A stretch of DNA of 37,382 bases from Sandaracinaceae bacterium (GTDB lineage: Bacteria > Myxococcota_A > Polyangia > Polyangiales > JADJQN01), in assembly GCA_947483975.1 (NCBI GenBank), contig CANKOL010000006.1, positions 1-37,382 of the forward strand, given 5' to 3'. The position numbers were made by a program, and so were the translations under genes. Position 1 is the stretch's first letter. Each line of letters begins with the position of its first letter. Of this stretch, positions 9,032-17,265 are shown one piece after another. The notes under the pieces are model-generated. The model saw nothing but the letters and a program-made list of their open reading frames with translations. It did not search any database and was not told the DNA's origin.

Positions 9032-9166
9032 GTGTCTGTTCTGCGTGCGCAGCCAGTGGATGTCGGTCCGGACGCGCTCGGCGACCTGGTGGCTGCGCGT
9101 GCTCCGCGGGCAGACGTTTTCCTCGCGGCGCAGCGGACGTTCGCGCCGGCCGTGGGGTGCTCATGA
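9032..9166 (+). CDS. Candidate 44-aa small ORF (MSVLRAQPVDVGPDALGDLVAARAPRADVFLAAQRTFAPAVGCS)
   Basis: Purine-rich GAGGAAGGAAAG at 9017-9028 precedes GTG 9032. Its TGA (9164-9166) overlaps ATG 9163 of the next gene. Too short to appear in the ORF track. Confidence 0.35.
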   Translation: MSVLRAQPVDVGPDALGDLVAARAPRADVFLAAQRTFAPAVGCS

Positions 9167-10434
9167 CCGCCGTGTGGCGTGTGCGCGCGCTCGGGTTCGC
9201 GGTGCTCGGCGCAGCCTGGATGCTCGGGGGCGTGCCGGTTGCCGCGGCGGATGAGACCTGCGTCGAGTGTCATCGTATGCAGCGCGTAGCGCGGCTGCGC
9301 GCACCCGCCGAGCAGCTCCCCGAGAGCATCCACGGGCGCAATCACGTCACCTGCAGCGATTGCCACGGAGGGCGTCCCGACGAGCCATCCGCGCGAGCCC
9401 ACGACCTCGAGGCCGGCTTCAGGGCTCGCTTCGCGGCTGGTGCGCAGCCGGCCATCTGCGGTGGCTGTCACTCGGATGCCCTGCGAATGGGGGCGGTCGA
9501 GCCCGGCCTCCCGACCGACCAGCTCCAACTCTACAACAGCAGCGTCCATGGGCGCGCGTTCGCTGCGGGCAACACGCGCGCTGCGACGTGCGCTGCCTGT
9601 CATGGTGCGCACGATGTGCGAGCCGTGAGCGATCCGGCGTCGCCGGTCAGTCTGCACAACATTGCCGGCACGTGTGGTCGTTGCCACTCCGATCGGACGC
9701 TCATGAGCGGGCTCGGTATGCCGCATGACGAGGAGCGCCAATGGCGCCACAGCGTGCACGGGCGGGCGTACGAGCGATGGATTGCGCGCTCCGGACCAGG
9801 TGCCTTGGCGCGCGACGAGCGGCACCCGCCGACGTGCAGCGACTGTCACTCCGACCACGCCGTAGCCGACCGGACCGCCGCCGTCGCGGGCTGTAGGCGG
9901 TGCCATGGAGAAATGTGGCAGTCCTTCGAGGCTGGGCCCCACAAGGTGGGCTTCGATCGGATGGGCTTCTTGCCCTGTGTGGATTGCCACGGGAGCCACG
10001 AGGTCTCGTCGTCGGACGCGAGCTTCATCGGCGTCGACCGCGACACGGTGTGCAGACGCTGCCACTCCGAGGGCCAGCGGATGTTCGAGACCATTCGGGA
10101 GCTCGGCGTCGAGGTCGGCGCGGCTGAGCACGCCGCCGACAACGCGCGGGCGGCCCTCGTCGGCGCGCCGGTTGGCGCACTCGAGTCCAAGCTTCGCCCC
10201 ATCGACGAGGCCCGCCACGCTCTCCGCCTCGCGATTCACTCGCTGAACAAAGACCGGATCCGCGCGGCCGCCACGCTGCTGAAGACGAGGGCGGAGAGGA
10301 TCCCAGTGCCGACTGACTCGTCGTCGGCCGTGGTCGCGGTGGTGGCGAGCTGGGGGCCACCGGCGGCGCTGGTCCTCGTGGGTGTCGCCCTGTTGGTCTT
10401 CGCCTTCTGGCGGCGGCGCGGAGGAAAGAAATGA
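9163..10434 (+). CDS. Nonaheme c-type cytochrome with signal peptide and C-terminal membrane anchor
   Basis: Nine CXXCH motifs (CVECH, CSDCH, CGGCH, CAACH, CGRCH, CSDCH, CRRCH, CVDCH, CRRCH) with recurring S(I/V)HG ligand motifs. Signal ends VAAA-D. Helical stalk, then TM helix and RRRGGKK. Confidence 0.92.
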   Translation: MTAVWRVRALGFAVLGAAWMLGGVPVAAADETCVECHRMQRVARLRAPAEQLPESIHGRNHVTCSDCHGGRPDEPSARAHDLEAGFRARFAAGAQPAICGGCHSDALRMGAVEPGLPTDQLQLYNSSVHGRAFAAGNTRAATCAACHGAHDVRAVSDPASPVSLHNIAGTCGRCHSDRTLMSGLGMPHDEERQWRHSVHGRAYERWIARSGPGALARDERHPPTCSDCHSDHAVADRTAAVAGCRRCHGEMWQSFEAGPHKVGFDRMGFLPCVDCHGSHEVSSSDASFIGVDRDTVCRRCHSEGQRMFETIRELGVEVGAAEHAADNARAALVGAPVGALESKLRPIDEARHALRLAIHSLNKDRIRAAATLLKTRAERIPVPTDSSSAVVAVVASWGPPAALVLVGVALLVFAFWRRRGGKK

Positions 10435-12626
10435 CCTCGGGTCCCCGCTGGCCGCTCGTGATCGCGGGTGTTCTGTCCCTCGTGGCGGGTGCGATCGTCT
10501 TCGCGACGCCTCGCATACAACACCGTTTGAACAGCTCCGCCTACTGCGCGAGTTGTCACACGGAAGCCGCGTCTCACACAGGTCGTCACTCACGGACGAC
10601 CTGCCAATCGTGTCATCCGCTCCCGACGGGCCAAACGGTTCGCCTCGTGTGGGCGGCGGTCTCGGGCGGTCGCGGGATGCCTCCGCACGGGCGGCTCGAC
10701 GAGACCTCCTGTACGACTTGCCACGAGAAGAACGAGCGCACATGGAGCGCGCTCGTTCGCACGGAGGGGCATTCTTCTCACGCGATCGCCCCGGTCTTGG
10801 TCCGCTGCGTGCGTTGCCACTCCTCGGGGCTCCACGCGAAGCCGACCGCGCGCGAGCGGTGCGAGTCGTGCCATCAGAACACGATCACGCGCCGGGACGG
10901 AGTTGCGACGGTCGAGTGCCAACGCTGTCACCTCTTTGGGCCGCGTCGTGGCCCCGAGCAGGCCAGGCTGCCGGGCTCTTGGGGCGCCGACATCTCAGGG
11001 GCGAACGTGCATGGCTCGGCCGACTGCCGCCTGTGCCACAATCCGCATCGACCGGCGGCGCAGCAAGAGGCCGCGCGCGCGGTCGTCTGCACGAGTTGCC
11101 ACCGCGGTGAGCTCGCGCGTTCGGTCACGCACGCCCCCGCGAATCACCAAGACTGCAACAAGTGTCACCGGCCTCATGGGCTGAGGGCTGAGCTCGCGAC
11201 CGCTTGTGCGGTGTGTCATACGGCACCGCGTTCGCGAGGCACGCTCCACGACCCCGGCGTCCCGCCGGAGATGCGGAACGTCGCGAGCATCGCCCCCATC
11301 CTCGCCGCGCGTACCGGGCCGCCGCCGCCCGTTCCCGGCGTGACCCACGGCGGGCGCTGCGCGAACTGCCACGAGCCGCACGCGTGGACGCCCAACCGCA
11401 ACATCTGTCGGAGCTGTCACGCGGACAAGGCGGCGAAGGTCGATCGCTTGCCGGCCAACACGCACAGCTGCATCGGTTGTCACGAGCCGCACTCCCCGCC
11501 GCCGGCCGCGAGTGTGTGTGGCGAGTGCCACACAGCGAACGCGTCGACTATCCGTTCTGCACCGGCGCGCCATCGTGACTGCCTCTCGTGCCACCAGGCC
11601 CACGAAGGTCGACCGAACGCCGCGACCGTCTGCGGCGCGCGCTGCCACCAGGCTCAAGCCAACGCGCTACGCGATGGGCAGCCGCGACACCGCGCGTGCA
11701 CGACCTGCCACGGCGCCCACGCCAATCCCATCGCGGGCGCGGCGACTCGTTGCCAGACCTGCCACTCGAGCGAGTGGACGCAGTTCAGCCAAGGCAACAA
11801 GCACCAGACCTGCGCTCGCTGCCACTCGAATCATCAGTTTACGCGGGCGAACGCCCAGGGGCGTTGTCAGACCTGCCACCAAGCGCCGGGCGCGCCCGGA
11901 GCCTCTCATCGTGGGCAGTGTCTGACGTGTCACACGCCGCACGCCGCGGGGCGCGGACCCGCAGCGAATTGCGCGTCCTGCCACGGTAGTCGGATCCGGC
12001 CGACCGTGCCGCAACACGCCGCGAACTGCGCTGGCTGCCACAAGCCTCATCTCGCGGCAGCGACCGCCAGCACCCAGTGCGGGACGTGCCACGCGGACAA
12101 GGCCCGCGTCGCCGCCGCCTGGCCGACGAACGCGCCCCACGGCCCAGGTCGTTGTGCCGAGTGTCACACGGCCCACGACGAGGGCCGCCCGCGGCAATGC
12201 GCGTCCTGCCACGCCAACAAGGCGAATCCGGGCCACATGGGCGCCCACCCAAACTGTATCGGCTGCCACGCGCCGCACGTGGCCCCCCCCGCCGGCCCGA
12301 GCCCCGCGCGCTGGTGGGGCCGGTGTGGCACCTGCCACACGGCTGAGGCGCGGATGGCCGCGACCGGTCGGCCCGAGCACCAGCAGTGCGCCAACTGCCA
12401 CAATCGGCCAGGCCGCGTGCCGCCGACCTGCATCAGCTGTCACACCCGGATCACCACGGTCGGCGCCCATCAGCGCCCCGAGCATCGTGACTGCCTCACT
12501 TGTCACACGAGTCACGGAACCACTCCGCCGACTCGCGCCAAGTGTGTCGCGTGCCATACGGATCGACGCACCCACTTCGCAGACGCGCCTCAGTGCCAAT
12601 CCTGCCACCCGTTCCGACCCGATTGA
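10431..12626 (+). CDS. 33-heme c-type cytochrome, N-terminally membrane-anchored, NapC/NirT-like head plus diheme repeats
   Basis: Hand count of 32 CXXCH plus one CX3CH (CGARCH) in 731 aa. Single N-terminal hydrophobic helix. ATGA overlap with the upstream gene. Confidence 0.93.
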   Translation: MTSGPRWPLVIAGVLSLVAGAIVFATPRIQHRLNSSAYCASCHTEAASHTGRHSRTTCQSCHPLPTGQTVRLVWAAVSGGRGMPPHGRLDETSCTTCHEKNERTWSALVRTEGHSSHAIAPVLVRCVRCHSSGLHAKPTARERCESCHQNTITRRDGVATVECQRCHLFGPRRGPEQARLPGSWGADISGANVHGSADCRLCHNPHRPAAQQEAARAVVCTSCHRGELARSVTHAPANHQDCNKCHRPHGLRAELATACAVCHTAPRSRGTLHDPGVPPEMRNVASIAPILAARTGPPPPVPGVTHGGRCANCHEPHAWTPNRNICRSCHADKAAKVDRLPANTHSCIGCHEPHSPPPAASVCGECHTANASTIRSAPARHRDCLSCHQAHEGRPNAATVCGARCHQAQANALRDGQPRHRACTTCHGAHANPIAGAATRCQTCHSSEWTQFSQGNKHQTCARCHSNHQFTRANAQGRCQTCHQAPGAPGASHRGQCLTCHTPHAAGRGPAANCASCHGSRIRPTVPQHAANCAGCHKPHLAAATASTQCGTCHADKARVAAAWPTNAPHGPGRCAECHTAHDEGRPRQCASCHANKANPGHMGAHPNCIGCHAPHVAPPAGPSPARWWGRCGTCHTAEARMAATGRPEHQQCANCHNRPGRVPPTCISCHTRITTVGAHQRPEHRDCLTCHTSHGTTPPTRAKCVACHTDRRTHFADAPQCQSCHPFRPD

Positions 12627-12663
12627 TGCTGCGCAGCGCGCGCGCACGCCCTGGAGGCTCCCA

Positions 12664-13962
12664 ATGCTCATCGTCCGCTACCTGAACTTCTGGCTCCAGA
12701 TGGTCCTGTTCGCAGCGCGCGGCGGGAAGCGGTTCTATGCGTGGGTCCTCTCGCTCGCGCTCGTCGCGGTCTTCGGCGCGTATCACTACTACGAGCACGT
12801 GGTCGTTGGGCTCAGCGTCACCAACATGAGTGACCAGGTGAGCTGGGGCATCGGGATCGCGAACTTCGTGTACTTCGTCGGCGTCGCGGCGTCCGCGGCG
12901 CTGATCATCACGCCCGCCTACGTGTTCATGCGCAAGGACATCAAGGAGGTTGTGCTCATCGCGCAGGTCCTCGCGTTCGTCGCGGTCGTCCTCTGCCTGC
13001 TGTTCATCGTCACCGACATGGGCCGTCCCGAGCGCCTCTGGCACATCATGCCGCTGCTCGGGAAGCTCAACCTGCCGGGCTCCCTCCTCGCTTGGGACGT
13101 GGTCGTGTTCAATGGATACATCGTCCTGAACCTGCACATCCCCGGCTACCTCCTCTGGAAGCGCTACAACGGCGTCGAGCCGAACCCGTGGGCGTACCTC
13201 CCGTTCATCTTCATCGCGATGGGCTGGGCCGTGAGCCTCCACGTCGTGACCGCGTTCCTGCTGGGTGGCCTCGGCAGCCGCCACTTCTGGAACACTGCCA
13301 TCCTCGCCCCACGCTTCCTCATCACGACGGGCGCGTCTGGCCCGGCGCTGCTGACGCTGATCTTCTACGCCGTGCGCCGACTCACCCCGCTTCACGTCAA
13401 GGACAGCGTCTTCGAGTACCTGCGGACGGTCATGCAGGTGACGCTGCCGATCAACTTCTTCCTGATCGGCTGCGAGGTCTTCTACGAGTTCTACACGGGC
13501 AAGCTGACCTCGGCGTCCGCGCAGTATCTCTACTTCGGGCTCCATGGGTACCATGGCCTCACGGTCATCATCTGGTCGGCCGTCGCGATGAACACGATCG
13601 CGATGGCCCTCTTGCTCAGCAGCCGGACGAAGCTCCTCTCGTGGGTTCACTTCCTCGCGTGCGGGCTCACGATCTTCGGGATTTGGATCGAGAAGGGAAT
13701 GGGCCTGATCTTCCCCGGGTTCACGCCGACTCCACTCGGCGAAATCGTCGAATATTTCCCCTCGCTAGCCGAGACGTCGGTGAACGTCGGCGTGCTCGCC
13801 GTGGGAATACTGCTCTTCACCCTCATGGCGAAGGTCGTGATCGGGATTCAGTCGGGAGAACTCCGCCTGCCGGGGGGGGACGCGCTGCCCACTCTTCCAG
13901 TGCCGAGCGAGGATTCGGCGCCTGTCGACACGGTCTCCCCGGAGCCGACGCCGACTGCGTGA
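12664..13962 (+). CDS. NrfD/PsrC-family quinol-interacting membrane subunit (DsrP/CbcU-like), copy 1
   Basis: GGAGG at 12653-12657 precedes ATG 12664. About 10 TM helices. Motifs 'GLSVTNMSDQVSWG..IANF..FVG.AA', 'DMGRPERLWH', 'S.L.WD', 'IWIEKG', 'EYFPS..E'. Confidence 0.93.
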   Translation: MLIVRYLNFWLQMVLFAARGGKRFYAWVLSLALVAVFGAYHYYEHVVVGLSVTNMSDQVSWGIGIANFVYFVGVAASAALIITPAYVFMRKDIKEVVLIAQVLAFVAVVLCLLFIVTDMGRPERLWHIMPLLGKLNLPGSLLAWDVVVFNGYIVLNLHIPGYLLWKRYNGVEPNPWAYLPFIFIAMGWAVSLHVVTAFLLGGLGSRHFWNTAILAPRFLITTGASGPALLTLIFYAVRRLTPLHVKDSVFEYLRTVMQVTLPINFFLIGCEVFYEFYTGKLTSASAQYLYFGLHGYHGLTVIIWSAVAMNTIAMALLLSSRTKLLSWVHFLACGLTIFGIWIEKGMGLIFPGFTPTPLGEIVEYFPSLAETSVNVGVLAVGILLFTLMAKVVIGIQSGELRLPGGDALPTLPVPSEDSAPVDTVSPEPTPTA

Positions 13963-14400
13963 GCCGCTGAGCTACGCTGCCGTCGACCCAGCTCGTCGTT
14001 CACGAGGCGCACTCCGTGTTCGGAGCCAGTGAAGGACCGAAGGGCGGACGTTTGTGGGCGCCGCCGTCGACGCCGTGTAGGAACTCAGAAGGGCGGCGAC
14101 GAGCGCGACCGTCGGGGCCCCTGTTCTCGGCGCGGCGGCCTCGTCGGCGATAGCGGGTCCTTCTCGTGGGCGGTCGGTCAAGAAGAACAGGGTCCAGCTC
14201 CTCGGTGGGTCTCAGGCCCCTGACGATCAGGTGCCGATTCCACCGAACGTCGCCGTGCGCAGGTGCCCCTTCCGCGAGGAATCCGGCGGAGGGCCTCGTC
14301 CCATCACCTCACCGTGCTCGGGCGGGGCTTCGCGGTGCCCTCGGCCCTGGTCCGGCGAGCGCCGTCGCACGCCGTCGCACGCTTCCTGACCCACGAACGA

Positions 14401-14483
14401 CAACGCCTCGCTCGATGGTCGAGCGAGGCGTTGGGTGTTGGTCCCGGCGTTCCAGGGCGAGACGCGCTGCCGTCCGTCTCGCC
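14401..14483. terminator. Two hairpins between the convergent NrfD genes (terminator or 3'-stabilising structures)
   Basis: Perfect 15-bp stem CAACGCCTCGCTCGA-tgg-TCGAGCGAGGCGTTG (14401-14433) and 9-bp stem GGCGAGACG-N10-CGTCTCGCC (14456-14483), just downstream of the stop at 14497. No U-tract. Confidence 0.6.
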
Positions 14484-14496
14484 TCGAGTCACACGC

Positions 14497-15888
14497 TCAG
14501 GGCTTGCTCTCGCGTGGGGTACGCGCACCGCTGCGCGGAACGTATGCGGGCTGTTGCGCGTGGGGCTGGTGCGGCGCGAACGCCTTGCCGAGGCGCGCAG
14601 GCTGCGGCTGAGGCTTGTAGAGGCCGGGGCGGACAGGTTCGGGGCGCGGTTGGAAGAACGCTCGGTGGGCGAAGGGATCTGGAAGCCGGAGCTCCCCGGT
14701 CTGGATGCCGACCGCCACCTTGGCCATGATCGTGAAGATCAGGGTGCCGATCGCAAGCACGCCGCAGCTGACCGCGATCTCCCCGAGTGACGGCGAGTAT
14801 TCGACGATCTCACCGAGCGGCGTGGGAATGAAGCCCGGGAAGATGAGTCCCATCCCCTTCTCGATCCAGATGCCGAACACTGCCAGGCCACAGGCCGTCA
14901 AGTGCATCGGGGTCAGGATCTTCGTGCGCTTGTTGACGAGGAGGGCGATGGCGAGGACGTCCATCACGATGGCCGTCCAGAAGATCTTCGTGAGGAAGCC
15001 GTTGCTGCCAAACCCGAAGTAGAGATAGCGGCCCGACGCGGCGGACAGCATTCCCATATACAACTCGTGGAAGGCCTCGCAGCCGAGGAGGAAGAGGTTC
15101 ACGGGCAGCGTGACCTTCATGACCTCCTTGAGGTACACGAAGACGCTGTCCTTCACCTTCAGCGGCGTGTTCAGCCGTACGATGTAGAAGATGAACGTGA
15201 GCAGCGCCGGGCCGGACGCGCCAGCGCTGATCAGAAATCGCGGGGCGAGGATCGCGGTGTGCCAGAAGTGCCTGGCGCCGAGGCCGGCGAGCAGGAACGC
15301 AGTCACCACGTGAATGCTCAGTGCCCAGCCGATGGAGATGAACACGAACGGCAGATATGCCCAGCCGTTGGGCTCGATCCCGTTGTAGCGCTTCCATAGG
15401 AGGTAGCCCGGGATGTGCAGGTTCAGGACGATGTAGCCGTTGAACACCAGCACGTCCCACGAGAGCATCGAACTCGGGAGGTTGAGCTTCCCGATGGGCG
15501 GCATGAGGTGCCAAAGCCGCTCGGGACGGCCCACATCGGTGACGATGAACATCAGGCAGAGGATGATCGCGACGAACGCGAGGATCTCGCCGAGCAGCAC
15601 GACCTCTTTGATGTCGGCGCGGTGGTAGACGTACGCCGGTGTGACGAGCACCGCCGCGGCCGCCGCAACACCCACGAAGTACACGAAATTCGCGATGCCG
15701 AGGCCCCAGCTCACCTGGTCGTTCATGTTGGTGACGCTGAGACCGATCGTGATGTGCTCGTAGTAGTGAAACGCACCGTACAGCGCGATCAGCGAGAGCG
15801 ACACGACCCAAGCGTAGAAGAGCCTCCCTCCGCGCGCGGCGAAGGTGACCATGTGAAGCAAATACGACAGATAGCGGACGATCAGCAT
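14497..15888 (-). CDS. NrfD/PsrC-family membrane subunit (DsrP/CbcU-like), copy 2
   Basis: Collinear paralogue of 12664..13962, from the shared MLIVRYL start to GIQxGELRLP. Contains 'DVGRPERLWH'. GGAG precedes the ATG. Longer Pro/Gln-rich tail. Confidence 0.93.
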   Translation of the reverse strand: MLIVRYLSYLLHMVTFAARGGRLFYAWVVSLSLIALYGAFHYYEHITIGLSVTNMNDQVSWGLGIANFVYFVGVAAAAAVLVTPAYVYHRADIKEVVLLGEILAFVAIILCLMFIVTDVGRPERLWHLMPPIGKLNLPSSMLSWDVLVFNGYIVLNLHIPGYLLWKRYNGIEPNGWAYLPFVFISIGWALSIHVVTAFLLAGLGARHFWHTAILAPRFLISAGASGPALLTFIFYIVRLNTPLKVKDSVFVYLKEVMKVTLPVNLFLLGCEAFHELYMGMLSAASGRYLYFGFGSNGFLTKIFWTAIVMDVLAIALLVNKRTKILTPMHLTACGLAVFGIWIEKGMGLIFPGFIPTPLGEIVEYSPSLGEIAVSCGVLAIGTLIFTIMAKVAVGIQTGELRLPDPFAHRAFFQPRPEPVRPGLYKPQPQPARLGKAFAPHQPHAQQPAYVPRSGARTPRESKP

Positions 15889-16177
15889 CGGCAGTCTCCG
15901 GCCCGCGCCATCCCCGTCACCGAGAGAACGCGACTAACCTGCGACGTGCGGGTAAGCCCATTTGCCGCCGCTAGCAGGCGGACCAGGCGTCCGCCTTGCG
16001 TCGCGTCGCCCGTCGTGTCGGGGGGCGAATGCAGGAATTCACACGGGTTCATGCGCCACATTCCTGCTCGTTTCCGCTATTTTCACTGGGTCGCACTCCG
16101 TCGTCGGACACGGCCCGGCTCGCCGCACGCAGGGAGACGACTCCCCCGGTCGACCGTCCGCTCGACGCTGGTCCACG

Positions 16178-17038
16178 TCAGATGGTGGTCTTGGAAGGGA
16201 CCGCGATCTTACGAAGCAGCTCGGCGCTCGAGTTGCCCATCATGTCGACGACCGAAGACGGCACGACGACGACGGTCGAATTGTGCCGCATTCCCTCGAG
16301 CAGCACGCTCATCGCCCGCAGATGCAAGGCGGTCGGGTTGTCGATGTACGACTTTGACGACTCGGCGAACATCTCCGAGACCTTGCGCTCAGACTGGGCG
16401 AGGATGATTCGGGCCTGGCCTTCCTTGTCCGCCTGCGCCTGCATCGACATGGCGTCCTGCAGGCCCTGCGGGATCCGCACGTCCCGGATCTCGACCGCGA
16501 CGACCTGAATGCCCCAAGGCTCGGTCCTCGCGTCGATGATGCCGCGGAGCATCTCGTCTACCTTGTCGCGGCCGGAGAGCATCAGCGCGAGCTCGGTCTT
16601 GCCGATGACCTCACGCAACGCAGTCTGGGCCGCCCAGAAGATGGCGTCGCGGTAGTACTCGAGCTCGAGCGCCGCCTTCGCGGGATCGACGACGCGCCAG
16701 AAGAGAACGGCGTCCACGTCCATCGGGACGGTGTCCTTGGTCAGCGTCTGCTCAGCGTTGAACGGCGTCGCCACGGTGCGGGTGTCCACCCACATCGTGA
16801 TCGTGTCGAAGAGCGGGAGCACGAAGAACATTCCCGGGCCCTTGAGGCCGTGGAACTTACCGAGGCGCAGGACGACGGCCTTTTGCCACTGCTTGCCGAC
16901 GCGCACGCTGAGCGCGATCAGCACCGCGAGGGCGACGAGGACACCGGGGATGAGTGGATCTCGGAGCGTGGCCCCGACCAACCCAGCCAGCCCGAGGAGT
17001 GCCAGCACGATACTGACGATCAGCGGATGGAGAACCAT
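16178..17038 (-). CDS. SPFH/band-7 (stomatin/slipin) family membrane protein
   Basis: N-terminal TM hairpin; 'AVVLRLGKF...GPG.FFVLP..D', 'LTKDTVP.DVDAVLFW.V.DP', 'AQTALREVIG', 'WGI.V..VEIRDV.IP..LQDAM..QAQA'. Confidence 0.93.
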   Translation of the reverse strand: MVLHPLIVSIVLALLGLAGLVGATLRDPLIPGVLVALAVLIALSVRVGKQWQKAVVLRLGKFHGLKGPGMFFVLPLFDTITMWVDTRTVATPFNAEQTLTKDTVPMDVDAVLFWRVVDPAKAALELEYYRDAIFWAAQTALREVIGKTELALMLSGRDKVDEMLRGIIDARTEPWGIQVVAVEIRDVRIPQGLQDAMSMQAQADKEGQARIILAQSERKVSEMFAESSKSYIDNPTALHLRAMSVLLEGMRHNSTVVVVPSSVVDMMGNSSAELLRKIAVPSKTTI

Positions 17039-17265
17039 GTGAGCGAGACTCCTTTTGAACCAGGCGCTACCGAACCGCGCACACTAGCGCGCGGAGCGGC
17101 CCGAACGATCACCTGAAGTCTGCCGGTATGGGTTGAGCGACGTCAATAGTGATGGACCTCGGCCTCGACCGAGGCAGCCCATGCTCCGTTTGGCCCCGAG
17201 ATCTCGGGCGGGCGCGCTGGCTTTCGCGACGCCGTGGGCGTCGGCTCGACAGTCAGACGACGTCG

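Noticed and set aside
8828..9166. ATG-TGA-TGT followed by an open frame to 9166, as possible selenocysteine readthrough
   Set aside because: No convincing SD, poor codon bias before 9032, no recognisable SECIS or selenoprotein motif, and Sec at codon 2 is implausible.
13972..14304. Short ORFs between the NrfD genes (e.g. 13972..14181 minus)
   Set aside because: Weak codon bias, no recognisable motif, and no consistent start signals.
7189..15888. Assignment as dsrO/dsrP (sulfate reduction), nrfCD (nitrite ammonification) or alternative complex III
   Set aside because: No dsrMKJ/dsrAB, no NrfA (no CXXCK motif), and no ActB molybdopterin-like fusion or ActD/E in the window. Family membership alone does not give the pathway, so no gene symbols were assigned.
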